A stretch of DNA of 64,000 nucleotides. Origin: Lingula anatina. Its lineage: Eukaryota; Animalia; Brachiopoda. Where the stretch lies: contig CM120640.1 in assembly GCA_051362555.1 (NCBI GenBank), positions 5,890,001 to 5,954,000 on the forward strand, read 5' to 3'. Within the stretch, counting starts at the first letter, position 1, and each line of letters starts with the position of its first letter. Below the pieces are notes generated by a model that saw nothing but the letters and a program-made list of their open reading frames with translations, was not told where the DNA came from and made no database searches. Below, piece by piece: positions 39,401 through 49,300 of the stretch. The translations under genes and the position numbers were made by a program.

Positions 39401-42400
39401 ATAATCGTGCAGAGACATTAGTCTGTTCTTCTATTTAATATTATATACTATCCCTGGCCATGAGCATTCTCAACCACAGTAGACTACTATCACGTGTGGA
39501 TCCTTTATGTATTTTGCCCATGGACACAATGTTGAATCCATTACAAGTTAGACTGGAAGGTGACGTAAAATCCTTTTGACGACAACAGAGGTGGGGGAGG
39601 GGCGGCTTACTTAAAATCCATATTAGGATGATACGATTCAGGGCTGGGCCCCTGAGAACGCGTGTTTTAATAGCGCCCCCACCTTGATGAAATACACAAG
39701 ATGAATAAATTATACAGGGTTGCTACTTAATATGGAATATTTTTATCATTTTTACTTTTGAGTGCTGATTAAGTTTTATTTGGCTTGATTCATCAAAAAA
39801 GTATGTCACTGAGTGATAAAAACATCCAGTCTTCTGTTGTGAGATATTTTGGTCGATGATATTAAATCTGACATAAGATGCCATTCAAAAGAAAGGGACA
39901 CCCCCAGAAAACCATATCAACAGTTTGTTGTCAGTTTTAACTTTAAGCTAAGATATTGAAGAAATTTATAGCCTCCGGACAGTTGTATGTTACACAGTCA
40001 AAGAACTCACTACAGTAAATCATGAAAAGTCAGTAATTGCGGGTATGACCTCCAGCAGCCGCTTGCAGCGCCCTCATCCTATATGGCATACCCTGTGACA
40101 CGTTTTTTAGAGTTTGGATGGGGATATCATTCCACGCAGTGATATTTGCCTGTTGCAGTTCATTGCTATTTACTGGCCGATGACCATGGCTATTAATTCT
40201 GTGAGTTACTTTTGCCCAAAGAGTTTTAATTGGGTTCATATCTGGCAAGTTTGCAGTCCAGGGCAGTTGCTGAACCCATTGGTTTTGAAGAAAAACAGTG
40301 ATTCTGTGGGCTCGATGTGGGGTTGCGCAGTCGTCTTGGTACACAAATTTGTTCCTGAAGATGACTCTTACCAATCGAAGCATTGTTAGCTGTAGAATGT
40401 CTCTGTAGGAATCCTGTATGAGGTTGCCTCCTAGAAAAACCAACTGGTTCTGGGCACTGACATGAAATACTCTCCAAACAGAGATGTTACCACCCCATGC
40501 TTGCACCCTAGGCAGTACACAATCATTGTGTTATGCCTCTCGTACACGTCGGTGGACACGGATTCGACCAACAACCCTAAAAAATCCATTTCTAGCCTCA
40601 TCACCGAAAACAACGTGATTCCAGTGGTTTGGCTGCAAACGCACGTGGTCCCCAGCCCATTGCAGACGTCGCTGTATATGATCTGCTGTTAACAGTGGTT
40701 TCAGTACTGGTGTTCGTGTAAAATAACCGGCTTGCAGTAATCTCTTGTTCACGAGGGACCTTGAAATGGGCATTTGAATGACATTCTGCCACTCTTTTCT
40801 GAGAACACTGGTTGTCTTTGTACGACTATCACGGCGCACTCTAAGGAGAAGGCGATCCTGTCTTCTTGGTGTGATACGCGGACACCCTGGTCGAGGTATT
40901 GGAGTAGGTGCCCCTGTTGTAGCATTTCTTTGGAGGACTTTACTAACGGTTCCTGATAAATGTTGCATTGCCTGGCAATGGCTGTCCGTTTCTGGCCATT
41001 TTCTCTGAAAGCAAGAATCCCACAGCAGGCTGCGTTGCATAGCTGTCGAACCATATCTTCTCTAAGGTACCTGTCAAGTTTCAGAGCGATCCCTTTGTTG
41101 CTTTTCTAAATACACTCCAAAGATTCGCCAAACCCATGCGTTTTTATACACGGGCAGAAATTGCTGAAAACACCACCCCTCACATTTCTGACCACAGAAC
41201 ATGCAACTGCATGCATCAGTTGTTTCGAGAGTTGTGTGGTAATTAGGTAACACACCTGGCTACACATGGAGTGACACCTCAGCTTTTAATTTAAAATAGT
41301 TATAGAGAAAATAAACATTTTGTAGAAAATTTACTCGCCAAAATATAATATTCCATATTAAGTGGTAACCCTGTAGAAAACCTCTCGAGTTCCTCACCTA
41401 AGTTATGTAGGGTGGTTAAATATCTTTATGTTAAGTATTCCAGGAAACAGCTGATAGAGAGGAAGTAATGAATTCGGTTTAGGCGTCTTGACTCATGTCG
41501 AATATCAAATAAAAACCTTGCAGTGCGGAGAGTATTCTTAGTTAAAGGTAAACTGGAGGAGGACAGCTTGCACTTTTTGGTTAACATTGTATTAAAGTCC
41601 CAGAAAAACGGAGGGAATTTCGACGACTATCACTTGTTAGTGTTGGTGTTAACAAAGGTGTACCTTGGTAAAAGTAGGCCTTCTTGACCAGGAGGATCCA
41701 TATAGAATAGGCTTGTCAAAAACTTTGTCAACCAAAAGAGTTGAACAAATTTCATATTTTGTTGGCTGCTGTTTGGACGACGTTGGGAAATTTTTAATTG
41801 GGTTGGACTAAAAGGACAATCAAACCCGTTTTATCAATCCTTACACTTTAATCTGTACCACATTTTTAATGACAGACTGTAACACATTTTAAATGACAGA
41901 CACGATTACTTTGTTTTATCGGTGTCCAAGGAATGTCAATAATACACATCTCATTTTTACTTTGTTTGCAGTATTTGGTCGTGGAGACGTGTGTGAGAAC
42001 GACAGGGATAATGACACTATCCCAGATGACGTTGACGCCTGCCCGGACAACAGTGAAATCCAGGCCACCGACTTCAGGGAATATTTCACAGTGGTACTGG
42101 ATCCTTTCGGGGAATCCCAAATCGATCCACACTGGGTTATTCTGAACGAGGTAGGGCACCCGTTATCTCACAAAGAAGTATGGAATAAACAATGGATATA
42201 TGTTGCTTAAAGGTTAAAGAATATTGGTTAAATCAGTGCCTTGTAAAACTTAAACTTTCTGAAATTTGAACTTTGGTTCTCTAAATCAAGGAGCGAGAAA
42301 GCTATTTTTACCATTAAGATCCACAAAGTTTTATGTCGTGTTGAAACACCCATATTTATTTACTAAATGCTGAAACCAAATAAGAGTATGATTAATCCAC

Positions 42401-44992
42401 CCTTCATTTTAATGCATCTCATCGTACTTTAAGATATAAACAGAAATTCAGGACAATCCATAATGATCAATATCTCTCATGAAGACAAAGCATGAAATAT
42501 AAACATAATTGAAATATGATATGTTTAAGGCAGGGCCTTTGTTGGAAGGGGCAAGGGCAATTTATGTTCTATAGTATTTTACTGTTTTTTATCATTATTT
42601 TTATTTAGGGTGCTGAAATATTGCAAAGTATGAACAGTGACCCTGGCCTGGCTGTCGGTACGTTATTTCTCACACCAGAGAGACAATATCTATTAAACTG
42701 GTTTATCAAAAAGTATGAGGTATTTTGTTTTCGTAGTTTAAATACCCAGTTTGTGTCAAAATAGCAAGGTAAACCGTGATAGCATTACAACGAAATCGTT
42801 CATAAATGAATTATTGTGACATAGTAATTTTTTCATCCCTAGGCTATACTGCATTCAGTGGTGTTGACTTCAGTGGTACTTTCTTCGTCAATACAGAGAT
42901 TGATGATGATTATGCCGGGTTCGTGTTTAGTTACCAGGATAGCAGCAGCTTTTACGTTGTCATGTGGAAAAAACGAAGACAGGTGAGTTTACTTTGACAC
43001 AAGCGAGTACAGACACATGCTTGTTAGGCTAAAAGAATAAATTAAAAAATAATAATAATAATTAGCTTGCAATTTGTCCTTCGATTGCAGTGCCTGTCTG
43101 ATAATTTCGGCAAAGTCCCCTTTTTCTTTATTTTGTGTAATATCTATTCATTACACATACCCAAGGTATTTGCGTTTTGCACAAAGTGTGCTGAACTGAA
43201 CGCCGAGAGATCTACTACTGACAGGCTGGTTCTATCTTTTTCCATGTTTCAGACCTACTGGAAGGCCACACCGTTCCGCGCAGTGGCGGATCCTGGAATA
43301 CAGCTGAAGGTTGTTAAGTCTTCCACGGGGCCAGGTGAAATCATGAGGAACGCTATGTGGCACACTGGAAATACTACCAACGAGGTAACATAGCCCGTGC
43401 TCTACCTACCACATTTAGCATGCAGATTTTTTGACACAAAGCCAATTAAAAAAATGCATTCGTTGTGTCAACAGCAGTCTTTTCACTGGTGGAATATTTA
43501 CTTGATACGATATTTTGTCCGGAGAAGGTTACTTGGCCTATTTGGTCACGGAAGTGACTGTGACCCCTGACCTACTATAGGACCCCAGATCCGGGGTCAC
43601 GAAACTAAATATTTGATAACTTTGGTTAACATTAATTTTTCTTTCAACTGCCACTGATGCACACTTATTGGTGGCCATTATTTCTTCCTCCAGGTAAAAC
43701 TTCTGTGGAAGGATCCACGTGATATTGGCTGGAAGGAGAAGGTGCCTTACAGGTGGGAGCTGCTCCACAGGCCGTCTGTTGGCTTGATCAGGTAGGCAGT
43801 TGACGGGTCTCATTCCTTACGCAGGCCTGTAGCCAGCAAGTCCATGGGTTTTTAAAATTGTGGACCTTTTAATCCCCTAAGCTGACGCATTTTCGGGTAT
43901 GGCATAAAATCCAGATAAAATTTTGCCGCAGAACGTACCCTCCACCCCGCCTAATGTCTGTTAATGATTCAATTAACCGTGATGATTTGAATTGGAAGAC
44001 GCGGCGAAGTTTCGTTACTTGTAACTGAGAAGAGGGTAACACTGAAATATTAGAAATTTCAGTTTAAAGAAAAGTAAAATTTTTAACAAACATTGAAAAT
44101 CGTGCATCAGTGAGTGCACAGTCATGCAGATTGCACTACATGTACATATGATTTTACTATGCACCAACACCTTTCGTCAGAATTTAAAAAATAAAATAAA
44201 AGTGTTATTTAAATACAATTCCAGGGTCCTTTTGTACGAAGAGACAACGCTGGTGGCCGACTCCGGTTATATTATCGACACCACACTCCGCGGCGGACGT
44301 TTAGGAGTGTTCATATTTTCACAAGAAAATGTCATCTGGTCTGACTTGGTGTACAGATGTAACGGTAAGGAACATTGCTTTAGTGTTGGGACTAATTCCT
44401 TAACCCGCATATACAATATAGTAAAGGCATATTAAAGATCATAAAACTGACTTATTTTTTTGAAGATAGTCAAAATTTAAGTCCGTTCTGACACTCAGAT
44501 ACGTCGCAAGTCTACTTTGCCAGAAAATGTTGCCTGTACTACTAAGTCTGCGGCTGTTTGTTTTTTTTTCTCTCTGCAACTAAATGTGTTAGCAACGATT
44601 ACTTTGTAACGCCAAATTATATCGCTATCAGCACTTTTCTTTTTTTTTTTTTTTATCTTTATATTATCATTCTGACCCATAGCAGAAATTGTAAGTTAAA
44701 TCATTTTCTCTGTGGCGGAAATTTTGATAGCGTTTAACTAGATACTTTTGGTTTTTCGGTTACAGAAGCACTACCGCCAGGCTTCGATCCCAACTCCGGG
44801 AAAGTTCCTAAGTTCGAGCCAGGAACTTCAATTATCGGCGGTCAGAACTTCAGAGCCAGAATACCCGATGCCGCCATCAATCCTCCGTCTAACATCCCTC
44901 AGTCCAAACCACAGCCCGAGGGTGAGGAGGGAGCGTACGACTACGGTGACTATGGAGAAGGGGACGACAGTTCCTATGGTTATTATTATTGA
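9646..44992 (+). CDS. THBS: Thrombospondin, subgroup-B (COMP/TSP3/TSP4-like) architecture with expanded EGF region; 31 coding exons, ~1760 aa
   Basis: Phase-consistent GT-AG exons: 9646-9736, 10367-10528, 12302-12507, 16078-16204, 17313-17398, 17744-17798, 19190-20473, 22135-22367, 22678-22818, 23036-23197, 23477-23638, 23983-24144, 24360-24521, 24780-24941, 25109-25270, 25507-25584, 25801-25950, 26346-26450, 26639-26746, 31875-32037, 35034-35152, 36157-36209, 36512-36597, 37277-37375, 41972-42150, 42609-42657, 42843-42982, 43253-43384, 43694-43791, 44225-44364, 44766-44992 (sum 5283 nt, in frame). Domains: signal peptide, LamG/TSPN (VYVDC), coiled coil ending CYMC, EGF repeats, type-3 Ca-binding repeats (DNCP..N.DQ.D.D.DG.GDAC), and C-terminal L-lectin domain ([43 protein letters not shown]). 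The N-terminal exons are less certain than the rest. Confidence 0.93.
17313..17798 (+). CDS. THBS: Thrombospondin exons 5-6: oligomerisation coiled coil
   Basis: [23 protein letters not shown]|[18 protein letters not shown]: heptad pattern with Q-x-x-E and a C-terminal CxxC, as in the COMP/TSP3/4 pentamerisation domain. Confidence 0.85.
19190..22367 (+). CDS. THBS: Thrombospondin exons 7-8: 12 tandem EGF-like modules of the first TSP-B EGF type
   Basis: Repeated C...PC(Y/F)PGVQC.DT..G(F/Y).CGPCPPG(F/Y)TGDG..C. Ten complete copies lie in one 1284-nt exon, one is split across the intron, and one more is in 22135-22367. Confidence 0.92.
20933..20982. repeat. Short hairpin / tiny MITE remnant
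   Basis: gtcccgggggtggtac ... gtgccacccctgggac: 16-bp arms with 14/16 complementarity. Confidence 0.4.
22678..25270 (+). repeat. THBS: Array of seven tandem duplicated EGF exons (141 nt + 6 x 162 nt) of the thrombospondin
   Basis: Each encodes (VC.DI.E)C.E..PC....RC.N...GY.C.ACPPG(F/Y)(R/S)GDAV.G.GL(E/D)FA..NKQ. All are phase 0/0 with intact AG and GT sites. Confidence 0.93.
26757..26788. repeat. (GA)n microsatellite
   Basis: About 16 GA units immediately after the exon-19 donor. Confidence 0.9.
26910..28247 (-). CDS. Rhodopsin-class (class A) GPCR, FMRFamide/peptide-receptor-like, 445 aa, nested antisense in thrombospondin intron 19
   Basis: Seven hydrophobic segments. TM1 [35 protein letters not shown]3 end [13 protein letters not shown]5 IIPW, TM6 [21 protein letters not shown]7 NYAANFFLY followed by helix 8 YRKTF and a CC palmitoylation-like site. 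N-glycosylation sites in the N-terminus. Coding region is intronless. Confidence 0.92.
   Translation of the reverse strand: MPMTFKLKLLIMLLVSSTAKETVSKNTGETPGMLNHAQDAFNKSATIYGMAVPMNGTIVRQLRETQSTEDIVQVDSQDSGNSTSDSAFTRFVFVIQGIVFPLICVVGMTTNVANLIVLSRPNMRTSTNLFLIALSIADIMMLLIVCMYYVHFKSTHEKPITEYEEVAGQSLFWQLYYYTWFMMANVFLTVSNWLVMAVAFYRYIAVCWPMKASGFCTTQRAIIMIALAYTLSLALNAPDFATVTIVQDANGTRAEHTELHKSTSFAVIYYNVKLALNIIIPWMVCLILSVVLIIALSRREREVQSMVERENFMPSRADTQRRITIMLVSINIWFLICMVPSFVWYTFNWSKGRSEVEPSLSFRILRVIADLFLVCNYAANFFLYAATNRQYRKTFVTVFCCQKKSFTRGITFELRTGSTSIRSSSSERKNSAPNGKTNLTSNTLL
28390..28772 (-). other. Putative 5'UTR exon of the nested GPCR
   Basis: Minus-strand acceptor ..tctctacag at 28773-28774 and donor TTG|GTAAGT at 28389. 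A second acceptor gtaatttcag (28255-28256) lies 7 nt before the GPCR ATG, giving a 135-nt intron. Confidence 0.55.
31514..31808. mobile_element. MITE-like non-autonomous DNA transposon (PIF/Harbinger-like ends)
   Basis: Left end agacgctgtcaaacctagcgtatagcaagtacgtatga; reverse complement of right end agctctgtcacacctagcgtaaagaggtacgcatga. Central palindrome ttttgaacatgttcaaaa. No ORF. The superfamily call is tentative. Confidence 0.6.
33000..33110 (-). promoter_or_regulatory. Putative minus-strand core promoter and first exon (likely for the nested GPCR)
   Basis: TATAAAA (minus, 33101-33095), initiator-like TCAGTT (33070-33065) about 30 nt downstream, and donor TAC|GTAAGT at 33001. Confidence 0.45.
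35714..35740. repeat. Poly-T tract
   Basis: About 27 consecutive T. Confidence 0.85.
36360..36407. repeat. (AT)n microsatellite
   Basis: About 24 AT units. Confidence 0.92.
39715..41373 (-). mobile_element. Full-length but decayed Tc1/mariner (DD34E-type) transposon in thrombospondin intron 24
   Basis: 26-bp TIRs: cagggttgctacttaatatggaatat (39715-39740) and its inverse (41348-41373, 2 mismatches). TA on both sides. Length 1659 bp. Confidence 0.92.
40030..41054 (-). pseudogene. Frameshifted Tc1-like transposase
   Basis: Fragments in different frames: [19 protein letters not shown] (GRPR/HTH region), [19 protein letters not shown] (first D), [14 protein letters not shown] (second D), [10 protein letters not shown] (catalytic E replaced by K), GGHTRNY end. 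Confidence 0.88.
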
Positions 44993-46318
44993 AGACCATG
45001 AGTCATTTGTACAATGATGTAAATAGAAAAATATCCTACCACAATGCTTGATTTTGTTTGAAAATCAGTGTGAAATGTTAAGTTATACCTTGGTGACAGA
45101 CTATGAAGATTACCATTATAGGCCATTGGAGGCGATCTATAAAATGTTTCTGTTTTTTCGAAGTATAATCGGAAACTTACTTGAAGTTTCAAATGGCTTT
45201 TTGAAAACGCTCCAAACCCGGATTGCGCAGGCCAGTTAAAGCATACGCGAAGAATTGCGCAACTTCTTGAATGGCAATCTAGGCACTTGAGCATGGATGG
45301 ATGTCTTCCATTAATTCATTTTATTGTTATATGTTTATGAAGTACGTCAAAGACGATAAAGCACATTCTGCTTTTGTACATATTCAAGTATTAAATGACT
45401 CTCTTCGAACTAGAGATTCCATACACACTTTTAACAGTGGGGCCATCTATGCAAAACAATCGTTTTCGTTTGACGAAAACTTATTTTCAAGCGATGAGTT
45501 TAATTTGTATCCAAGTCGCTTAATAAACTTTTTACCGGATTGGCTGGGTAGTTTAGTTTGTTGTAAGAAAAGCAAATTTTTAGAATCGATCGATTTTGGC
45601 GCCAAATAAAAGGAAATTTCCCTGGCGTCACAAGCAATTTGTGATGAAAAACATCATTTGTGTGGGAAATTACTTGCAGGGATAATCTTTACACCAAGGC
45701 TGCAACAGGTCAGTATGACAAACATGCATTCTATGCTCAATGAAAATATTTGTAATGAAAATCTCAATGACGGTCTTTTCAATAGAGGCCAGGCGGTTTT
45801 ATGCGCATGTTTTAAAAACCACTAAAAAAGTCTCAATGGCTTAACAATTTATTCAAGTACAATAATTAACCATGGCAGTCGCATTGCGACAACAATAACT
45901 TTAAATACTGCTTAGCAGTCCCTTTTATCTTAAATAATAATGTTCGACTGTATAACTAATAAAGACATCAGCATGCACGACTGCCAGTTCCCACATCCTT
46001 GTTCCATGGGAAAACACTAAGGTAAACCTGACAGAATAGTCCTGTGCTTTTCGAAATCATTTTCAAACCATTCTTTATCAATTTTTTTTCCAGTACAGTT
46101 AAATAATAAGGCTTCAGTTAACAGTTTGCCACTTGCCTTGGCGCTTGAACTGGTAAAAGAAACAAAAGATTGCACAAATAAATATATCCACACTTTTATG
46201 GACATCTTATCAACATGGAACACAAAATGCATCATGTCCATTTTGGCATTCATTTCTAGATATACCACCATCAAGTTTTCACACAACCCATACAACATAG
46301 TCCACAATGCACTCAGCA

Positions 46319-49300
46319 TTAGATTCTCCTCACTAGGAGGAAAGTATCTTCAGACAGCAACTGATCAGATGACGGAGCCTCCACAAAACCCAGTTTGGCA
46401 TAGAATTCCACCATCTGTCTGTCCCCCACGTTAACCTCGCAGTGCGCCCCAATGGAGCCATTCGCCTTCAGCGCAGACAGGACACAAGCCAGCATCCGCT
46501 TGGCCACACTGCTGTCATCTACACGGTCTGGGAGGATGTCCATCTTCAGGATGGTGGGGAAGTTTTCATACAGAGTATTTGGGAGATTGGTCTTGAAGTT
46601 GTGGAAACTTGAGATTATTTCCTGAAAGCATTTGTTGAGATCTTGTTAACAATTATCACTCTTAAACTTCTTGCTGAAAGGTATAGTAAATTTTCAACAC
46701 CACCCATAGATTGGTCATTACTTCAAGGTAGCAATGAAAGGAACACATTTGCACAATGTCCTTGTGCCAGACAACTTTACTATTCACCACAGGCCATTTG
46801 AGTGATCAAATACCAAACTCGTCTCGATACAAGGTAGTTGTGATTTTCAAAAATTATTTCTTATTTATTCATTCCTTTCTTAATTATTATCACTTCTTAA
46901 AATTATTCGCATGTGCAGATCATTGTGTACAGTATGAACGTGCTAACACCACAGCTTACCTCAGCTGGAGTTAGATTGTCCACTTTGTCTGACAAGGGAT
47001 ACTTTGTACACAGCTCACTTATCCATGCAACTTCCAACTTCTTGTAGAAACTCTTGGCATCCAAGGCAGCTAACACGTAACCAAATACTCCCTGCTCATC
47101 TTCCACCACAAAACAGTACTCGGGGCTTAGGTTGATAAAACCTCCAACTAACCTGTGAGGAAAGTAAATCAGATTTTGTAAGAGGTAAATTATTAAGCTG
47201 AAAGTCTTCCATCAATATTTCAAATGCACACAATGTTGTTTTAAACCTGGTTAGTGAATATACATCCCCCCAGAGATAATGACAAACTTACTTATCCCCA
47301 ATAAGATCAGGTTGTCCCGGGAAAACTTCCGTCCCATCTAGACCATCATCACAGGTTTTACGGCACACTTCATAGACTGCAGCCTCGTCAGACGGCAAGT
47401 ACGGCCGGATTGTAAACATCTTTTGACTTGGCGGAACAGGGGCCACATGATGGAACAAATCGTGTGCACCATCTATTGGCAGCATACGCTATAGTAATAA
47501 GGAAAAGAAAGCATGCTAAAATATCAGTATATTCACAACATATAGTGGTATTAATTTGCAAGGCATGAATTAAAGCTACATTTGGAGAGGCATATAAGTT
47601 ATTATATGTTTTCTTAACTTTTCTTTTGGTACTTACAGTTTCCAGCAACAGGTGAAAGGGTATGCACCTATTCCAAGTTGTCAAGAAAACGCAGCGCAAC
47701 TATGGATCAGAAGCAGCCAGTTAACTTTACCTCATGTTATAAATTAACCCATGTTTTTTTTAATAGAGGCACAAACAGGAAATTTTCCATGTCATTATTC
47801 AGTGCATATCCAATGAACTGTTTCAACCTCTGTTTGAAACATTTCATCTCATTTGTATCCATAAAGGGCCGTTACTCACAAATAAAGGGTGATATATATC
47901 TCACACCTTTTATCATCTAAATACTGCACTTCTTTCATAAACAGAATAAAAGATGGCAATACGTAAAACAAGATGTCCCTTTTCTGTTGATATATTTAAC
48001 CAACCATTGTGAGAAATGCACTCTTATGAATCTTAACTAAAGTACGTACAAGAATAGCATGAAATTAACACAGAGACAATGTTTCTTTGAGGTTACCGTT
48101 TACAGAGGAATGCACCAATTACTAAACTGGCTAGGTCTGACCACAGTTTTGAGGGGAAAAACATAAACAGCAACTGTCCAGTGCTGTGTTGCACAAGTGT
48201 GCAGTCTGTAAAATAAAATCATGTAAATATATAGTCTTGAGAAAAGAGGACTTGAAAGGTTCACATCCAAACAAATCATCTTGGCTCAATGACTAACAAA
48301 TACTTTATCATGAGCTGCATCAAACTGCTATGGAAAGAATAACTTGTCCCACAGCATGTTTATTGCAACTCAGATCGCGCACGCATGCATTCAGCGGGGG
48401 CAGCGCAAAGACATCCTTGAGAAAAGGTGCAGGGACCCTATGGAGAAAAAACAATCATAGATCAACAGGGCATAAATAAGGGAGCAAACAAGCTGCCTCA
48501 TCTGAAACATACTTGAAACTCCCCAGCAAGCCCACCGCGGAACATCCATGGTTCTTGGTCACCACACATAAAAGCATCTCGGTAGGCTTTATTGCACCCT
48601 GAAAAAACACAAATTTTTAGAGAACCATTAGACAGGAGGTAGTCACCAGCTTCAGAAATGTAGATAAATTTTTCAATGCGTGCATGGCAGAATCATAGGT
48701 TGTGGAGATTTGATTCTCTTTACCCGACCAAAGTAACATTACATGCTCATGATGATGATTTTTAAGTCATACAAAAACAAGATGTGAAATGATTTTATGA
48801 TGGATAAATGATAATGACTCTGCCATTTTGCTTGTGAAAATATCGCCCTGCGCATAGTCACATGATCAAACTAGCAATGTGGGGAAGATGGCGCAAAGTG
48901 CAAATGACTGAAATAATTAGTCTTGGACCTGCAAAAAGCATCTCAAGTATCACCATATATGATCACTTTCAAATATGATTTATATCATCCAGTTTCTTTG
49001 CTCAACAATTCATAGATAGCTCTCATAATCTGACAACTTTCTGCTGTTTCAATAGCACTTCATTACTCTGCATATCATTCAACATCCCTTCAGAAAATCT
49101 TGCAGAAAAAAATATCAAATTTATATTTAGTAACCTTTAAGAGAACATCTTTGGAGTGTTGAGCTTTAGAACCTGGTGCTAGCAGAAAGAAATATCTGTC
49201 ACTGTTCCTAGATGAGAGAAACTCGTATTAGTTTAGACTACACTGCAGCAACCTAACGTCTTGACTGCGCCTCAGCCGCAACAAATACGCGCAAGCGCCA

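Noticed and set aside
44305-44325. GVFIFSQE instead of the usual subgroup-B GVFCFSQE
   Set aside because: A single substitution at a position that is also non-Cys in TSP1/2; unlikely to be significant.
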